Positions 27,600 to 40,940 of a DNA stretch of 64,000 nt are shown one piece after another. Position 1 is the first letter of the stretch; every line of letters starts with the position of its first letter. The position numbers were made by a program, and so were the translations under genes. The stretch comes from Eledone cirrhosa (Eukaryota). Under the pieces are notes generated by a model that did no database searches, had not been told where the DNA came from, and was given only the letters and a program-made list of their open reading frames with translations. The stretch lies in the NCBI GenBank assembly GCA_964016885.1, contig OZ024741.1, positions 370,264,001 through 370,328,000 on the forward strand, in the 5' to 3' direction.

Positions 27600-27950
27600 T
27601 AAAAAATTGAACGGGAACAAAACAGAGAGGCAGTACGAACAAAGGTTTATTAGTTTCACGCTCTTGAGAGTGGGGTGGGGGTGGGGAACGACGTTTCGGG
27701 CATAAGCCCTTCTTCAGGTAAAAAGTGTGTGTGGGAAGAGAGTTCCAAGGGTGTGTAGGGGAGTGGTGGAGAGACATATAGAAAAAAGGGGGTGAGAGGA
27801 AACGGTACAAATGAAATTAAATATAAAAGCATAATAAAAATAAAAATAAACACGAAGTAAAACAGGTGGTGGAAGGGTGTGGGGGCGTGTAGGGGTGATG
27901 GCAGGTGGAGTGGGGAGAGAGAGGCGGGTGTCCGAGCGGGGAGGGCTGAA
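27600..27950 (-). mobile_element. Inverted second copy of the family-E terminal repeat with hammerhead core (27688-27719)
   Basis: Reverse complement of ~26265-26613; core CTGAAGA-a-GGGC ttat GCCC-GAAAC-GTC. Confidence 0.8.
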
Positions 27951-28030
27951 AAAACGAAGATAATACGTCATATGTGGAGCGAGAACAATTATTATTGTTG
28001 CTATTATTATTATTATTATTATTATTATTT

Positions 28031-31000
28031 GCATTTATCTTGCTTTATGTTCATACGAGTTATCACCAAGTCACAACCAGTGACCTCAAGAGATAACAAG
28101 GTCCGCCATGTTCAAGAAAGAACATACATACACACACATGCATCTTTAGGTGTTTAGACTTGTGATGTACTTATATTGACAGAATCTTCCTTAGTATATG
28201 GGCAGTTCCCATTAGTACTATCTTTTGTATTTCTCCTATACGCGGGTTTCCTGGGATTTGCGATAGGTAATCATTAGACCCCTTAGGTATCATTCCTAGA
28301 GCGCCTACAACCACTGGTATTGTTTTAGTTCTCAATTTCCACATTTTTCCAATTTCTATCTCCAGGTCCTTATACTTGCTCAATTTTTCAAATGTATTTA
28401 GAACCATTCTTGTCTATTGGAACGGACATATCAATTAGCAGGCATACCCTCTTTTTAAAGTCCTTAAGTATTATATCAGGTCTATTTGCATCTATTTTTC
28501 GGTCTGTTTGGATGCTAAAGTTCCACAAGATTGAGATGTGATCTTTTTCAAGTATGTGAGGTGGTTGATGCTCCCACCAATTCTTTTGATGGGGCAGGTC
28601 AAAATGCTTACACATCATCCAATGTATGTATTGTGCAGATCTGTCATGCCTGTTTAGGTATTCGGTTGGAGCTATAGGACTGCACATTGAAATTATATGA
28701 TCAATGGTCTCTGGTTGTTTTTTACATACACGGCATAATGTGTTGCATCCATTTTTTATTATGCTTGGTAATTTTTTGTTGGCAGACACTGATCTTGTGC
28801 TGATATAATCAGTCCTTCAATCTCCGATTTCAGTCCAGAGGATGCCAACCACTGATGGGTTAAAATGTTGTCAACATCAGGATTGTTAGCTCGCTCTGGG
28901 TATTTTCCATACAGAGGCTTTTCTTGCCATTTCTTAGCCAGTTTCTGTAGCAGTTCTTTCTTTGCAGTTACTTTTACCTGCTTTGCTTTTTCTGTGTTTT
29001 CCATTTCAGCAGTAAATGGGACTTCTGAAATTTGTAGTCCATTACTGTATCTTTGTGCATCTTTTGTAATGGAATATGATCTTTTGATGCTTTCGTGTTT
29101 CAAAACGAGTTTGATCATCCAAACATGTGATTCCCTTAGGTATGTAGATAATCCAATTGTTGCAGTTTTCAACGCAATGTCTAACTGGATTAACCCACGT
29201 CCTCCTTCTTTCCTAGGGAGATATATTCTATCTGTATCTGCCTTAGGGTGATGCATTCTGTGCATGGTTAAGAATTTTCTAATTTTTGTATCGAGCCTAC
29301 GGATCCCTGTGCTTGACCAGTTGATGACATTGTAACTGTAGGTTACTACTGGTATGGCAAGCGTGTTTATGGCATCGATCCTAATCCTTGCATTCAATTC
29401 CGTTCTTAAGATTGCTCTTACTCTGCGGTAACATTCCTTCCTTATCCTTTCCCTCATTATCGTGTGCTTGATTCCGTCTCCTTCACAAACACCTAGATAT
29501 TTGTAAGTTTCCTCTTGATCAAGTTCTCTTATCACATTCCCCCGATCAAGATTAATGTCTGAACTTTTCAGCAGGTTTCCTCTGGTGAACGTTGCTTTGG
29601 CGCATTTATCTAGTCCAAACTCCATTTTAATGTCATCACTGAACTGCTCCACAGTGGATAGTTTCAGGTCATCCATGTAGAACAAGTGATTAATGGTTTT
29701 GTCATAGACTTTATATCCATGTTTTGTTTCATTGAGCATTTTACTTAATTGTATAAGTGCGATGCAGAATAAAAGCGGTGATAAAGAGTCACCCTGAAAA
29801 ATTCCACAATTAATATTAACTTCTCCAGCTTCCAGTGATTTTTTTTCACTATTCAAAAGGAGTGCTTTTTTTCCATGTCTTCATACTGGATGACAGGAAC
29901 CTCCTGACAACGGGAGATATTTTGAAAATCTCTAAACATTTTTCAATACAACTGAATATTTTTCAATGCAAACTATCGAATACTTTTTTATAATCTATCC
30001 AAGCAATCGATAGATTTTTGTGTCTATTATGACAATCTTCCAGTATCATTTTGTTAACCATAAGCTGATCCTTACAGCCATATGAGCCTCGTTTACACAC
30101 TTTCTGCTCATTGGGAAATAGGTCATTTGTTATCAGGTGGTCATATGTATATTCAGTTAGGACTGATGTTAACATTTTATACATTGTGGTCAAGCAAGTT
30201 ATCGGTCTGTAATTTTGGGGATTGTTTGTCTCATCATTCTTCGGAAGCAGGAATGTAATGCAGTTAACTAGCCATGATGGTATCTTTTCTGGCTCCTTCA
30301 CTATTTCATTGTAAAGTTGGGCTAACAGCTCATGAGACTCTGTGAAGGCATTTATCCAAAAATTTGTTATTTTCTCTTTTCCTGGGGATTTCCATTTGCT
30401 GGTTTTTATAAGAGGCAAACGCAACTGTTCAACTGTTATATTTTCTCATATTTGTTCCTCAAGGTGAGCTGTATCTTTCATTTGTCTGTCTATCCATGGG
30501 GCATGTATATTATGAACTTTTTCTTCGGCCCAGATCTTTTCCCAGAATTCTTGCACTTCCTCCTTGGGTGGTATTGATTTAGCCGTTATTGTTGACTTGC
30601 CAATTTTTCTGTAGAAGTTTCTTTGGTTGTTTTTGAACATATTATTGTCCTTATAGAATCTAGATCGTTTTTCAAAGCGCCTTATACGAGCAGCTTTGGC
30701 CGACACTTTTTGCTTGATTATTTCTATCAGCATGTCTATGTCACTTGTTGATTTTATAATGTATTTTCTTTTGAATTTTCTAAGTTTAGTTTGTTTAACA
30801 TGTTCACCTACTTTATAGTTTGTTAAAATTTCTATGTCAGATCGGAGAAGGTTTATTTGGCGATTGATGTTCTCTTGCCAAGTAGATTTCTTGTGGGAAT
30901 TCCTTTGTTTTTTCATTTTCACTCCACATAAATGAGTGGTGACTTTAGTCGAGGCATAATAGAGATGATTTAAATCAGTAATGTTTAGTTTGTTTGTGAT

Positions 31001-31963
31001 GATAATGTTTTTGAGAATTATGTTAGCCTTGTGTATCATCTTTTTGTTCTGTTTGGAGTTCTGGATCTTAGGGAGGGTGTCTCGTTCCTCCATGTCAGAT
31101 TCTTTCATTTTCATCCATTCGATCATAATTTCATCCTTCAAGTTGGCAAGTTCATTCTCATTCATTTCTTTATCATTTACAATCTCATTGTTTTCATTTT
31201 GAGTTTCATCTTGAGCATGCACTCCCTCCACTTTTTCGATCCTTTCTTTAATTTGTTCTGTTGCCAGTGATTCCGCCCCAACCCTGGGATTCGAAGTGTT
31301 ACAGTTTACCTCGTTTTCACTGACACATGTTTCATTTTCCCTTCGCTGACTCTGTGCTAATTGCTTGATCTGATCAATTTCTATATCAGTTAGTAACTTT
31401 TTTTTAACAATATTTCTTCGTATATTGGCTAGTTTGTTACTGTCAATATAGGCTCTGTTTTCGGGATGTTTCTTTTTCTAGTTGATATGTCTGTTCTGTA
31501 TTTGATCTATTTGATGGGTAGTACATGGCAGTGTAGAAAGCCTCAAGGACTTCTTTATTATCTTCCCTTGATCATTTTTCTCTCTTTTTCTTTGGATTTC
31601 TTGGTGGTGAGCATGGAGGGCCAACAGTAGGAGTATTCCGGTTATGGGAGGTCTCCAGCTCCGAAGTGATGGGAAGGTTTGAACCATTAGCTGATTTTTT
31701 CGACCCCAGTCTGGTTCCTCTGTGAGGGACCTGTCCCTTTTTGACCCGGGTGACGGCCGATCCGGTATGAAATTTTATCATTTGACATTTACTTTATTTT
31801 ATCGTGTTTTATCTTTAACCGCCAAGGGGTAATCATTTCGTGTTACCACTTCTAGGACGAGTGTCAACCAAGACTAGAGGGGTCATCCTCCCCTAGAGAC
31901 ACGGCTATTCCCCGCCGGCCGCCATCCCGGTATTTCTTGGTCACGAGGTTTTCTTTTTTGTTG

Positions 31964-31970
<7 letters not shown>
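28031..31970 (-). mobile_element. Full-length R4/Dong-clade non-LTR retrotransposon in a (TAA)n target
   Basis: Single decayed RT-CCHC-RLE ORF; (ATT)n on both sides (28002-28030 and 31971-32042). Confidence 0.9.
28171..31788 (-). pseudogene. R4/Dong ORF (RT + CCHC + restriction-like endonuclease), frameshifted
   Basis: NYRPITCL, GIFQGDSLSPLLFC, HLFYMDDLKL, GGRGL, CRVCKKQPETIDHIISMC, RPDIILKD..LIDMSVP, KYKDL, IPVVVGALG. Confidence 0.92.
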
Positions 31971-32043
<73 letters not shown>

Positions 32044-32668
32044 CCAGTGTCCAGTGTCCGAAAATTGCTGACTTGTGGGTTTATGTCGAACACCTGCTGT
32101 CGTGTGTAGGACGGATCCGGCTATCATCTGAGTCCATCGTGAGGATTGCCCCGCCCTCTTCCTTTAGCCGGGAAGGGCAGGCAGTTTTTATCTGTATGGT
32201 GGCCATGGCGAAAGAGATAGTATGGTGGACACGTTTGAAAGGGCTGAAGACGAGCACTTACCTCTTCGGTGATGCCCTGATTGACTTTTTCAAATTTCAT
32301 TTGAAAAGGAAAATCAGAGTAGAGAGGGAAGTGCTCTCTTCCCAGCATTTTGTTGAAAGATGGGTGAGAGAAGCAAGAATGGCCCGAGTGAATGGGCCTA
32401 CTCTGAGTACGTATCTGTAAATTAAAGGTGGAAAACTGGGAGAGGTCACTTGCCTTGGTTGTCAGGGTCACTGTGGCCTTTTACTGGGCTTTCTCCACAA
32501 ATATCCCTCCGAAGTCTCCACCCTGTTGGGGAATTTTTCATTGTTATTTTTTGTTACATCCTGTTTTTGTTTTTTACACGCAGAAATGCCCATTTGCACC
32601 GTCCTGTATTGTCCTGCACTGTCCTTAATGTCTACTTTATGTAAACCCTTGTGGTTAATAAAGAAATC
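32044..32668 (+). mobile_element. Tx1/L1-clade LINE, 5'-truncated copy A
   Basis: Nearly identical to 38089-38708; ends GTGGTTAATAAAGAAATC-(ATT)n. Confidence 0.9.
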
Positions 32669-32902
32669 ATTATTATTATTATTATTGAATGCTATGGTTG
32701 ACGGAGGCTCGGCTCTGTAAGGTATTGTAAATTTTGAACGCTATAACAATTGTAAATTGTTTAAAACTTTAACCAACTTGTAGACAAAAAGACCCTCCAC
32801 CTCGTGAGAGGGGTCTTTCTGCCCGTTATTTGGCCCTTCGGGGTTAAATAACTGCTTATTGGGGTTTTGTGCCCAATATTTATTTTAAACAAAAAAAACA
32901 AC

Positions 32903-35007
32903 ATGGCTACGAAAACGAATTTTCATAGGTCACTCCCACTCATTCCGTCTTCTTCTTCCTCAATCGTCACTACAGCAGAGAGAAGATTGTCTCTCTCCCT
33001 CCCTTCTTTAAATGTGTCTCTCTCCCTCCCTTCTCTTTCGCAAGCGACGACAGAAAAGAAAAGTCTCGTGCAAAGCGTGCAAGATTTCTCCACGACGACG
33101 ACGACAACGACGAAACAGGTGTGCGGGAAATAGGAAAACCCATTTCATTCGTCTGACGTCAGGAATAATAGCAGTAGCAGCCGTAATAACAACAGCAACA
33201 GTGACAATGAAAACAACAGTAGCAGCCGCAACAGCATCACCAGCAGCATAAACAACAACAGCATTAGCAGCAGCAACACCAACAACAACCACAGCAACGG
33301 CGGCGGAGGCAGTAGTCGTAGTACCTGCAGCAACAACAAAAGTAACAGCAGCTCTGACGACAACAACAACAACAGCAGCAAAGAAAAACCAATCTCGTTT
33401 GCAGGTATCGCGAAGAACCTGGAAACAATCCTCATAACAAATGAGGAATTAGAGGAAGCGAAGAAGATGGTGAGAAAGACCGGACACCGAGCAATCTGCA
33501 AGGCAGCGGAAAAATTTTTCGAAACCCAACAGCACTGTACGGTCACGTACCGTACAGTAAGTACAAAATCCCGTAGGATTGAAAGAGCCACAGAGGCTCA
33601 AATACAAAAAGCCTTGGAGTCTGTGTGGCAGCGGAAAACATACATCACCCGAGGCAAAAAAGATGCCACCGTAGACGTACTTTTTGCCACACCCCAGGAG
33701 GCAAAGGCTCAATCCGTAGTGACCCTAAGGAGCGAGGAAATGGTGTTGGTGCCCTCCTACTGCGGGCCAAAAAATTGTCAGGGTCAAACTGACCCCCCCC
33801 CCCGGGGGATGGCCCCTTCTTGGCTGGCCGCGTCTGTCCTCGTCGGAATCGAGGACAAAACAACTGTACTGCAAGTACAGAAAAAAGTAAGAGAAGATTG
33901 GGTCGGCACCTCCATTGAGATGTTAATCCATCCAACCAGGAGTGCATCGAAGCTATCCCGGATGTGATAGACTTCGATAACGGCACTCAACTGCCCATAA
34001 GTGTTGAGGGCAAACGCCCGAAATGCTTTCGCTGTGGATCGAAGACTCACCTCAGGGCCTTCTGCAACGAGAAGACCCTGAGAAAGGAGAAAACCCCCCT
34101 CCTTCCGAAACCGGCTCCACGGCTACCAGCAACAGGACAAACGGCAACCAGGAACGATAGGTCCGTGGCACCCATACCCACGCCACGGAAATCAAAAACA
34201 GCAGCAGCAGTGGAAATATTAACAACAACAGCAATACCAAATGCAGCTGCAACAGAGACTCCAGTGCAAACATCACCAACAACAACAAGTGAAATAGTGG
34301 AGCTGGTACCCCTCCCCGACCTCACAGAATCAGACATGGAGTGTGAGGTGGGAGAGGGATGGCAAAAGGTCGTAAGAAGGCACAAACGCAGAAGCAGCGC
34401 ATCGTCGCCTTTGAAAAGGGAGGAAAGAAATGAGAAAAGGGTAAAGTCTACTGCAAAGAGACTCACAGCAGCAACACCACCAACACCATCACCACCCACA
34501 CTAGCACCACCATCACCACCGGCGAAAACCCCACCGCCAACAACAACAACACCTTCAACACCACCACCACAAGCACCAACATCGCAAACACAACAACAAA
34601 ACACACACACCCAGCAACAACGACAAGAAAATAGCAGAACCACACCCCACCCCCAGAAAAACAAATGCACGGCAATAAATACACACAACAAGAAACTAAT
34701 GACTTACATAATTGAACACACAGACATTTCACAACACGACTACATAATACCAGCACCAATCAAAACGCCAACTAACATAAGACTGCTAAAAATAGCACAG
34801 AAACAATACACAAACATTAAAACGAAATTCCCCAACGCAGTTGGTGATTTCAGGGACCTAGGAGGAACTATCAATCGAAGAGTATATTCGGACATACTCA
34901 TAGAAGAGCCGACGACCAGCCGAAGGGACGATTCAACGGTCCCTTTACCAGACGATCACGTGAAAAGGGATGTAAAAACCATCCCTCCTCTACGAAAAGT
35001 ACGGTAA
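32903..35007 (+). pseudogene. ORF1 (gag-like, zinc knuckle) of copy B
   Basis: ATG at 32903, in-frame TAG at 33131, further frameshifts; CFRCGSKTHLRAFC (CX2CX4HX4C). Confidence 0.85.
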
Positions 35008-35042
35008 GTGGTCTTTCCCATCTTTTCCACTCTATTTTAAAC

Positions 35043-38000
35043 ATGACCTCACTCAGAATAGGCAGCATAAAAGCGTGGCTTGGGGTCGTCATGGAAGCAG
35101 GGTCACCTGCTCAACGACCTCAGGTCACTAAACATAGATGTAGTGGCCATCAGCGAGACCAGAATCTCCGAAGCACGGGCCTTCGAACCGATCTTCGGCG
35201 GCTACGATGTGTACGCATCTCCCAGCCGTCCTGGATCGGGGGGAGGAGTTGCTGTGCTTTTTCGGAGAGGTCTGGATCTCGCCATACGGGCCATCTTCCT
35301 GGACCCAGAGGGTAAGCTGGTGGTGCTGGACGTGACCAGCGGAGACGGGCAAGCTTTCAGGCTAGTGGCTGTCTATGCCCCGACAGGAGCAGGGCGGCCT
35401 GATTTCTTCCGGCGTCTGGAGACCTTTCTTGGAACGTCCCGCTCTTTAGTGTTAGTGGGCGACTGGAACGGGATCTTAGATGCACGCTGGGACTGTGTGG
35501 GATTAGCGGATAGGGGTGGAGGGTGCAAGAGCCTCACCAACCTGCTCAGGCGTTTTGAACTGTCTGATATGTACCGATTGGATTTCCCGAATGTGCCAAT
35601 GTGGACTTGGACAAATCGCATAGGGTCATCCAGATCATATCTAGATAGAGTATTTTGTAGGGAAATAGATAGGTCTAGCATAGGCTGTCCACAATTCAAG
35701 ATAGTCAGCTACACGAACCACAAATTCGTGATCTGTGTGCTTGACTTAGATAGGCTTCATAGACAAGGACCCGGCTACTGGAAGCTAAACGCGTCCTTAC
35801 CAGCGCGCAAGGCCTACAGAGACCGGATTAGCGAACTAGTAAAGCGGGCGTTGACGGGGCCATCGTCAACAACAAGTGGTGGTTTGCTCTGAAAAGAGCG
35901 ATTAGAATAGAATCCATTAGGTTTAGTAAGGCTTTAGCAATAGAGAAAAATAGAGCAGAGGGAGAACTAGTTAGAAAATTAGACGAGGCGCTTAGCAAAG
36001 GCATTGCGACCGACGTGCTTGCGGCGAAATTGGCCCTTGACTAATTCTTCAATGCAAAGCACGAAGGCTGCGTTGTCAGAGCAAGGGTGCGTGCTCTCAG
36101 ACACGAGGGGACGAAAGCCGTTCAATGGGCCCGAGTGGCGGAGACGCGTCGTGGCAACAAAGCCACGATCCGGTCTTTGGTGGACCACGACGGGCGCATG
36201 CTACTCGATCCCGGGCAAATGTGTGAAGCTTTTCAGCGACACTTCGCTCAGCTGTTCGGGGGCAGCGGTGGGTCGGGTCGAGGGATGGACTTTAGTGTCT
36301 ACCTCGACAGACTGCCGCGGCTCTCGGCCACTGAGGCGAAGTGTTGCGAAAAGCCGATAACAGCCGCTGAAGTAAGGGAGGCAATGACTGGCTGCACAAG
36401 GGGTAAATAGCCTGGTTTGGATGGTCTGCCCTATGAACTTTACGTACAGATGCCAGACTTGTTCGGAGGCCTCTTGGCGGACGTCTACTGCAACTGGCAA
36501 CAGAACGGGAGAATTCCCAGCTCTGTGAACCGAGGAGCGGTGGCACTGCTGAGAAAGGATCCGAACAAGGGGGATAACATAGATAATTTCTGGCCCATAA
36601 CTCTGCTAAACACATAATTCAAGATTTTGGCCAAGGTGCTAGCAAAGAGGTTGGCGCTTGTCGTTGGTGGTCTGGTGGGAGAGGCGCAGACATGCGCCAT
36701 TCCCGACAGATCCATCCACGACAACCTCCACCTCATGCGATAGATCGTAGAGAGGGTAGCTAGGGAACCTGGCACGGGTGGGTCCTTGATCAATTTAGAT
36801 CAGTCGAAAGCTTTCAATAGGGTCGACCATCGTTACCTAGCGGCAGTCCTGAGGGCGGCTGGCTTTGGGCCCGTCTTCAGAGGCTGGATCGCTGCCATGC
36901 ACAGCGACATCTGCTCTGTGGTGAGAGTGAACGGTCACCTGTCGGAACCGTTCAACATCATGCGCTCCGTCCACCAAGGATGTCCCCTCTCGTCCCTCTT
37001 GTACCTATTGACTCTCGAGCCATTACTGCACAAACTGGAGACGTTGAGGGGCGTCCCGCGCGAACTAGGATGCGGAAGATCCGTGTCAGCATATGCGGAC
37101 GATGTCACCGTAGTGGTGTCGAACGCCAAACACATCAAGGCGATCGGCACTACACTAAGAGAATACGAAGCGGTGACAGGAGCAATGATCAACCAGGAAA
37201 AGTCAGTGGACCTGCAGCTCGGCACCTGGAGAGGCAGGTCCATGCCGTCCAACAGCGTCGTCGGACGCTGGACGGACGGACCGGTTAAATTGCTAGGGGT
37301 CTGGTTCGGTCCGGAACTCCAGACGGACAAAAACTGGGACGAGGTGACGAGCAGGGTGGGTTCTCTCACCCAGAAATGGGCGGAGAGGAAGCTATCCCTG
37401 AAAGGTCGAGCGGAGGTGGCTAACGCGTCCATCGTGTCTGTCATCTGCTACCGCCTGACCGTCGTACCTTGTCCTAAGCCTCGCCTGACTGCGCTGGAGC
37501 GTTTGCTCTTTCGCTTCTTGTGGAAGGGACGCGCTCCGATGATCAGGCGGTCCATCTGTTGTCAACACCTGTACGTGGAGGGCTGGGCATGCCGTGGCTG
37601 ATGATGCGCAGGTACGCGCTCAGGCTACGACATCTCCACCTCTTCCTCGACGGTGATCAGGTGTGGTCGCCGTTTGCTAGACACGTATTTCCCCAGCTCG
37701 TTTCCTTGACGGAGCTGCAGTCCTGGGTCAAGCGAAGACCGAGAGGGAGCGCCTGGAGACTGGAATGTCTTCATGCGCTCACAGCCCTCGACCAATCGGG
37801 CAATGTGATCGGTGGAAACTCCACCTCGGGGTTCTATAGAGGATTTGTGGAGGGGAAGAGCGACGACGTACTTGGGGAAACTCTAGGCGTCGACGAAAAT
37901 CAACTAGCCAATCTCTTCGGAAGAACTTTCGGGCCAGGGCCTATGGATAACTTCCAGAAATCTCTGGCCTGGCAGTGCTTCCGAGGAGCCTTGCCAGTTC

Positions 38001-38458
38001 GGGATAAACTTTACAGGCATGGAGGTGCCGTCAGCGGGGCATGTCCGAGATGCGCGCAGGGCGACGAAACCGTCCTGCACGCACTCGTCCAGTGTCCGAA
38101 AATTGCTGACTTGTGGGTTTATGTCGAACACCTGCTGTCGCGTGTAGGACGGATCCGGCTATCATCTGCTTCCATCGTGAGGATTGCGCCGCCCTCCTCC
38201 TTTAGCCGGGAAGGGCAGGCAATTTTTATCTGTATGGTGGCCATGGCGAAAGAGATAGTATGGTGGACACGTTTTAAAGGGCTGAAGATGAGCACTTACC
38301 TCTTCGGTGATGCCCTGATTGACTTTTTCAAATTTCATTTGAAAAGGAAAATCAGAGTAGAGAGGGAAGTGCTCTCTTCCCAGCATTTTGTTGAAAGATG
38401 GGTGAGAGAAGCAAGAATGGCCCGAGTGAATGGGCCTACTCTGAGTATATATCTGTAA
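35043..38458 (+). pseudogene. ORF2 (APE endonuclease, RT, CCHC) of copy B
   Basis: AISETR, VYAP, GDWN, SYLDR, GYWKLN, DQSKAF, QGCPLS, YADD, CPRCAQGDETVLHALVQC; several stops and frameshifts. Confidence 0.93.
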
Positions 38459-38940
38459 ATTAAAGGTGGAAAACTGGGAGAGGGCACTTGCCTTGGTGGT
38501 CAGGGTCACTGTGGCCTTTTACTGGGCTTTCTCCACAAATGTCCCTCCGAAGTCTCCCCCCTAATGGGGAATTTTTCATTGTTATTTTTTGTTACATCCT
38601 CTGTTTTTGTTTTTTACACGCAGAAATGCCCATTTGTACCGTACTGTATTGTCCTGCACTGTCCTTAATGTCTACTTTATGTAAACCCTTGTGGTTAATA
38701 AAGAAATCATTATTATTATTATTATTATTATTGGCGACCTACGTAGTAAATCGTATCATTGTGAGCTCCGCAAAGGTTTGTTATTTCCGTTTGTTAAAAA
38801 TTGTCATTTATGGAAAATTTTATTGTTAACTGTTTATAAGCGCACATACATTATTTTCCGAAAAGGACACCCAAAAAGATTGGGGCCTTGTGCCCAAAAT
38901 TTAAACTTTTATTATTATCAAAAAATTTCTTTGAAAAAAA

Positions 38941-40906
38941 ATGGCTAATTCACCTCTGCACGAAGCAGCTGAAAGCCTTCCTCACAAATTAACACCTCAC
39001 ACCGACACCACCATTGTAAATGTTACTACGTGTGCCAACACAAAAAAAAATATAAGCACTAGCAATATTTTAAATTTGTCTCAGGCAGACATTCATTTCC
39101 CGCCATTACCAATGACTGCAGGTGTTAAAGCCTCCACCACCACCACCACCGCAACCACCACCACCACCACCACCACCACCGCGACAACAGAAACAAAAGA
39201 AGAAAAAAATAAATTAACTCGTGATGTCGAAATGAAATCAAGCAAAATGGACTCTTCCCCACCAAAGACGACTGACGTCACCACCACCACAACTGAAACT
39301 AAAATTAATATTAACGATAGCAACAACAACAACAATGACATTATAAACCCCCCCCCCCCTCAGTTTCGCCATAGTAGAAAAACAGTTCGAAGCATTTACG
39401 GTAACTCAGGAGGATTTAGAAAATGCCAAACAAATGGTAAAGAAAGATGGGTACAGGGTCAGCCTCACCCCCCCACCTAATAAAATGGAGCATCGGCGCC
39501 TATACACCGTGTCGTATAGAACAATAAATGTAAAATCGCGCCGAGTGGAACGGGCATCCGAGTCCCAAATCCAAAAAGCTTTGGGACATGTGTGGGCAAG
39601 AAAAACCCACATCAGACGTGGGCAAAAGTATGGAACCGTGGACGTGTTCTTTGAAACACCAGAGGAGGCTAGAGAACACTCCATGGCCCCATTAAGAAGT
39701 GACGACTTCACACTCGTCCCAAACTATTGTGGCCAGAGACTCGTAAAGATCAGGGTGACCCACGTTCCACCGGCCATCGAAATTCCCTGGCTAATAGCGG
39801 CTGTCCTCGCCGGCATCGAAGCCAACACGAAAATAATAACAATAACAAAAGAAAAGCAGGAGAACTGGTCCGGATCTGGGATGGAGCTCCTGATCCAAGC
39901 GGACCAAAAAAGCATTGAGGAGATCCCAGAGGTAATAGACCTCACTGACGGCAGCCACCTCACGGTAATTGTCGAGGGCAGAAGACCTAGGTGTGTCGTT
40001 TGTGGTGAAGGAACCCACCTAAGGGCTTTCTGCCCTCAGGCTAAAAGGTTGAGGCCACCTCTCCTACCCACCCCAGTGACACAACCATCAACACCACCAG
40101 TAGCAGAGATGGCAGCAACAACTGTAGCAGCAACAACAGAAGCAACTATAACAGCAACAACCCCAGCAACAGTAGCAAAACCAACACCACCACCACCCAA
40201 CGCTTCAGAACTAGCACCAGCGCCTACACCATCCACCACGCCACAACCAGAACTAACGGCTGTGGAGGATTTTCCACTCCCCGGCCTATCACAACTGGAG
40301 ACAGATTGTGACGACGAGGAGTGGGAAACGATATCCGGAAAAAAACAAAGGAACCAAAAAATAAAAAATTCTCTTCCTTCCCCCTCCAAAAACAAAATAC
40401 AGAGGGAAACAAATAAATTAAGAAACAAAAAAGTTAGGACAGATATGCCACCATCCACACCAGCATCACCAACCCCATCAACCCAAACACCAACACCATC
40501 ACCATCATTAACCCCAACATCACCATCACCTACACCACAAAAGTCACCAAAATGCGAAACAGAAACAAACCCACAACAAACGCAAACAAAACAAAACAAC
40601 CAAAACGATACACACTACACAGCATTAAATTTGAACAACAAGCAATTATTACACTACATCCAACACAACACCAGCATCACAGAAAAAGACTACACAACAA
40701 CCCCAAAATTCACGCCACCTCCACACATACAAATCACTCGCATCACACAGAAAACGTACATGATACTAAAACAAAAATTCCCCAAAGACATCGGAGACTT
40801 CCGACAAGCACTCTCCAGGAGGATTTATAAGGACATCCTTCCTGAGGAGGCCACAAGCAGTGAAAAGGATGGAAAAACCGTCCTTCCCCTACGAGAAGTA
40901 AGGTAA
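38941..40906 (+). pseudogene. ORF1 of copy C
   Basis: ORFs 38941-39480 and 39434-40906 joined by an apparent frameshift near the poly-C run at ~39350; CVVCGEGTHLRAFC knuckle. Confidence 0.85.
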
Positions 40907-40940
40907 GTGGTCTTTCCCATCTTTTCCACTCCTTTTCAAC

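Larger units (their letters stand above)
32687..38708 (+). mobile_element. Tx1/L1-clade LINE, full-length copy B in (ATT)n
   Basis: 5'UTR, ORF1, ORF2 (APE-RT-CCHC) and 3'UTR with AATAAA, flanked by ATT repeats. Confidence 0.93.

Noticed and set aside
32785-32880. HDV-like ribozyme in the Tx1 copy B 5'UTR (ACCTCGT loop, UUCG hairpin)
   Set aside because: Could not find P1/P1.1 pairing in the right order; it reads better as simple hairpins.
39348-39360. Programmed frameshift in ORF1 at poly-C runs (also ~33793)
   Set aside because: The runs are at non-homologous positions in the two ORF1s; homopolymer slippage or sequencing error is more likely.
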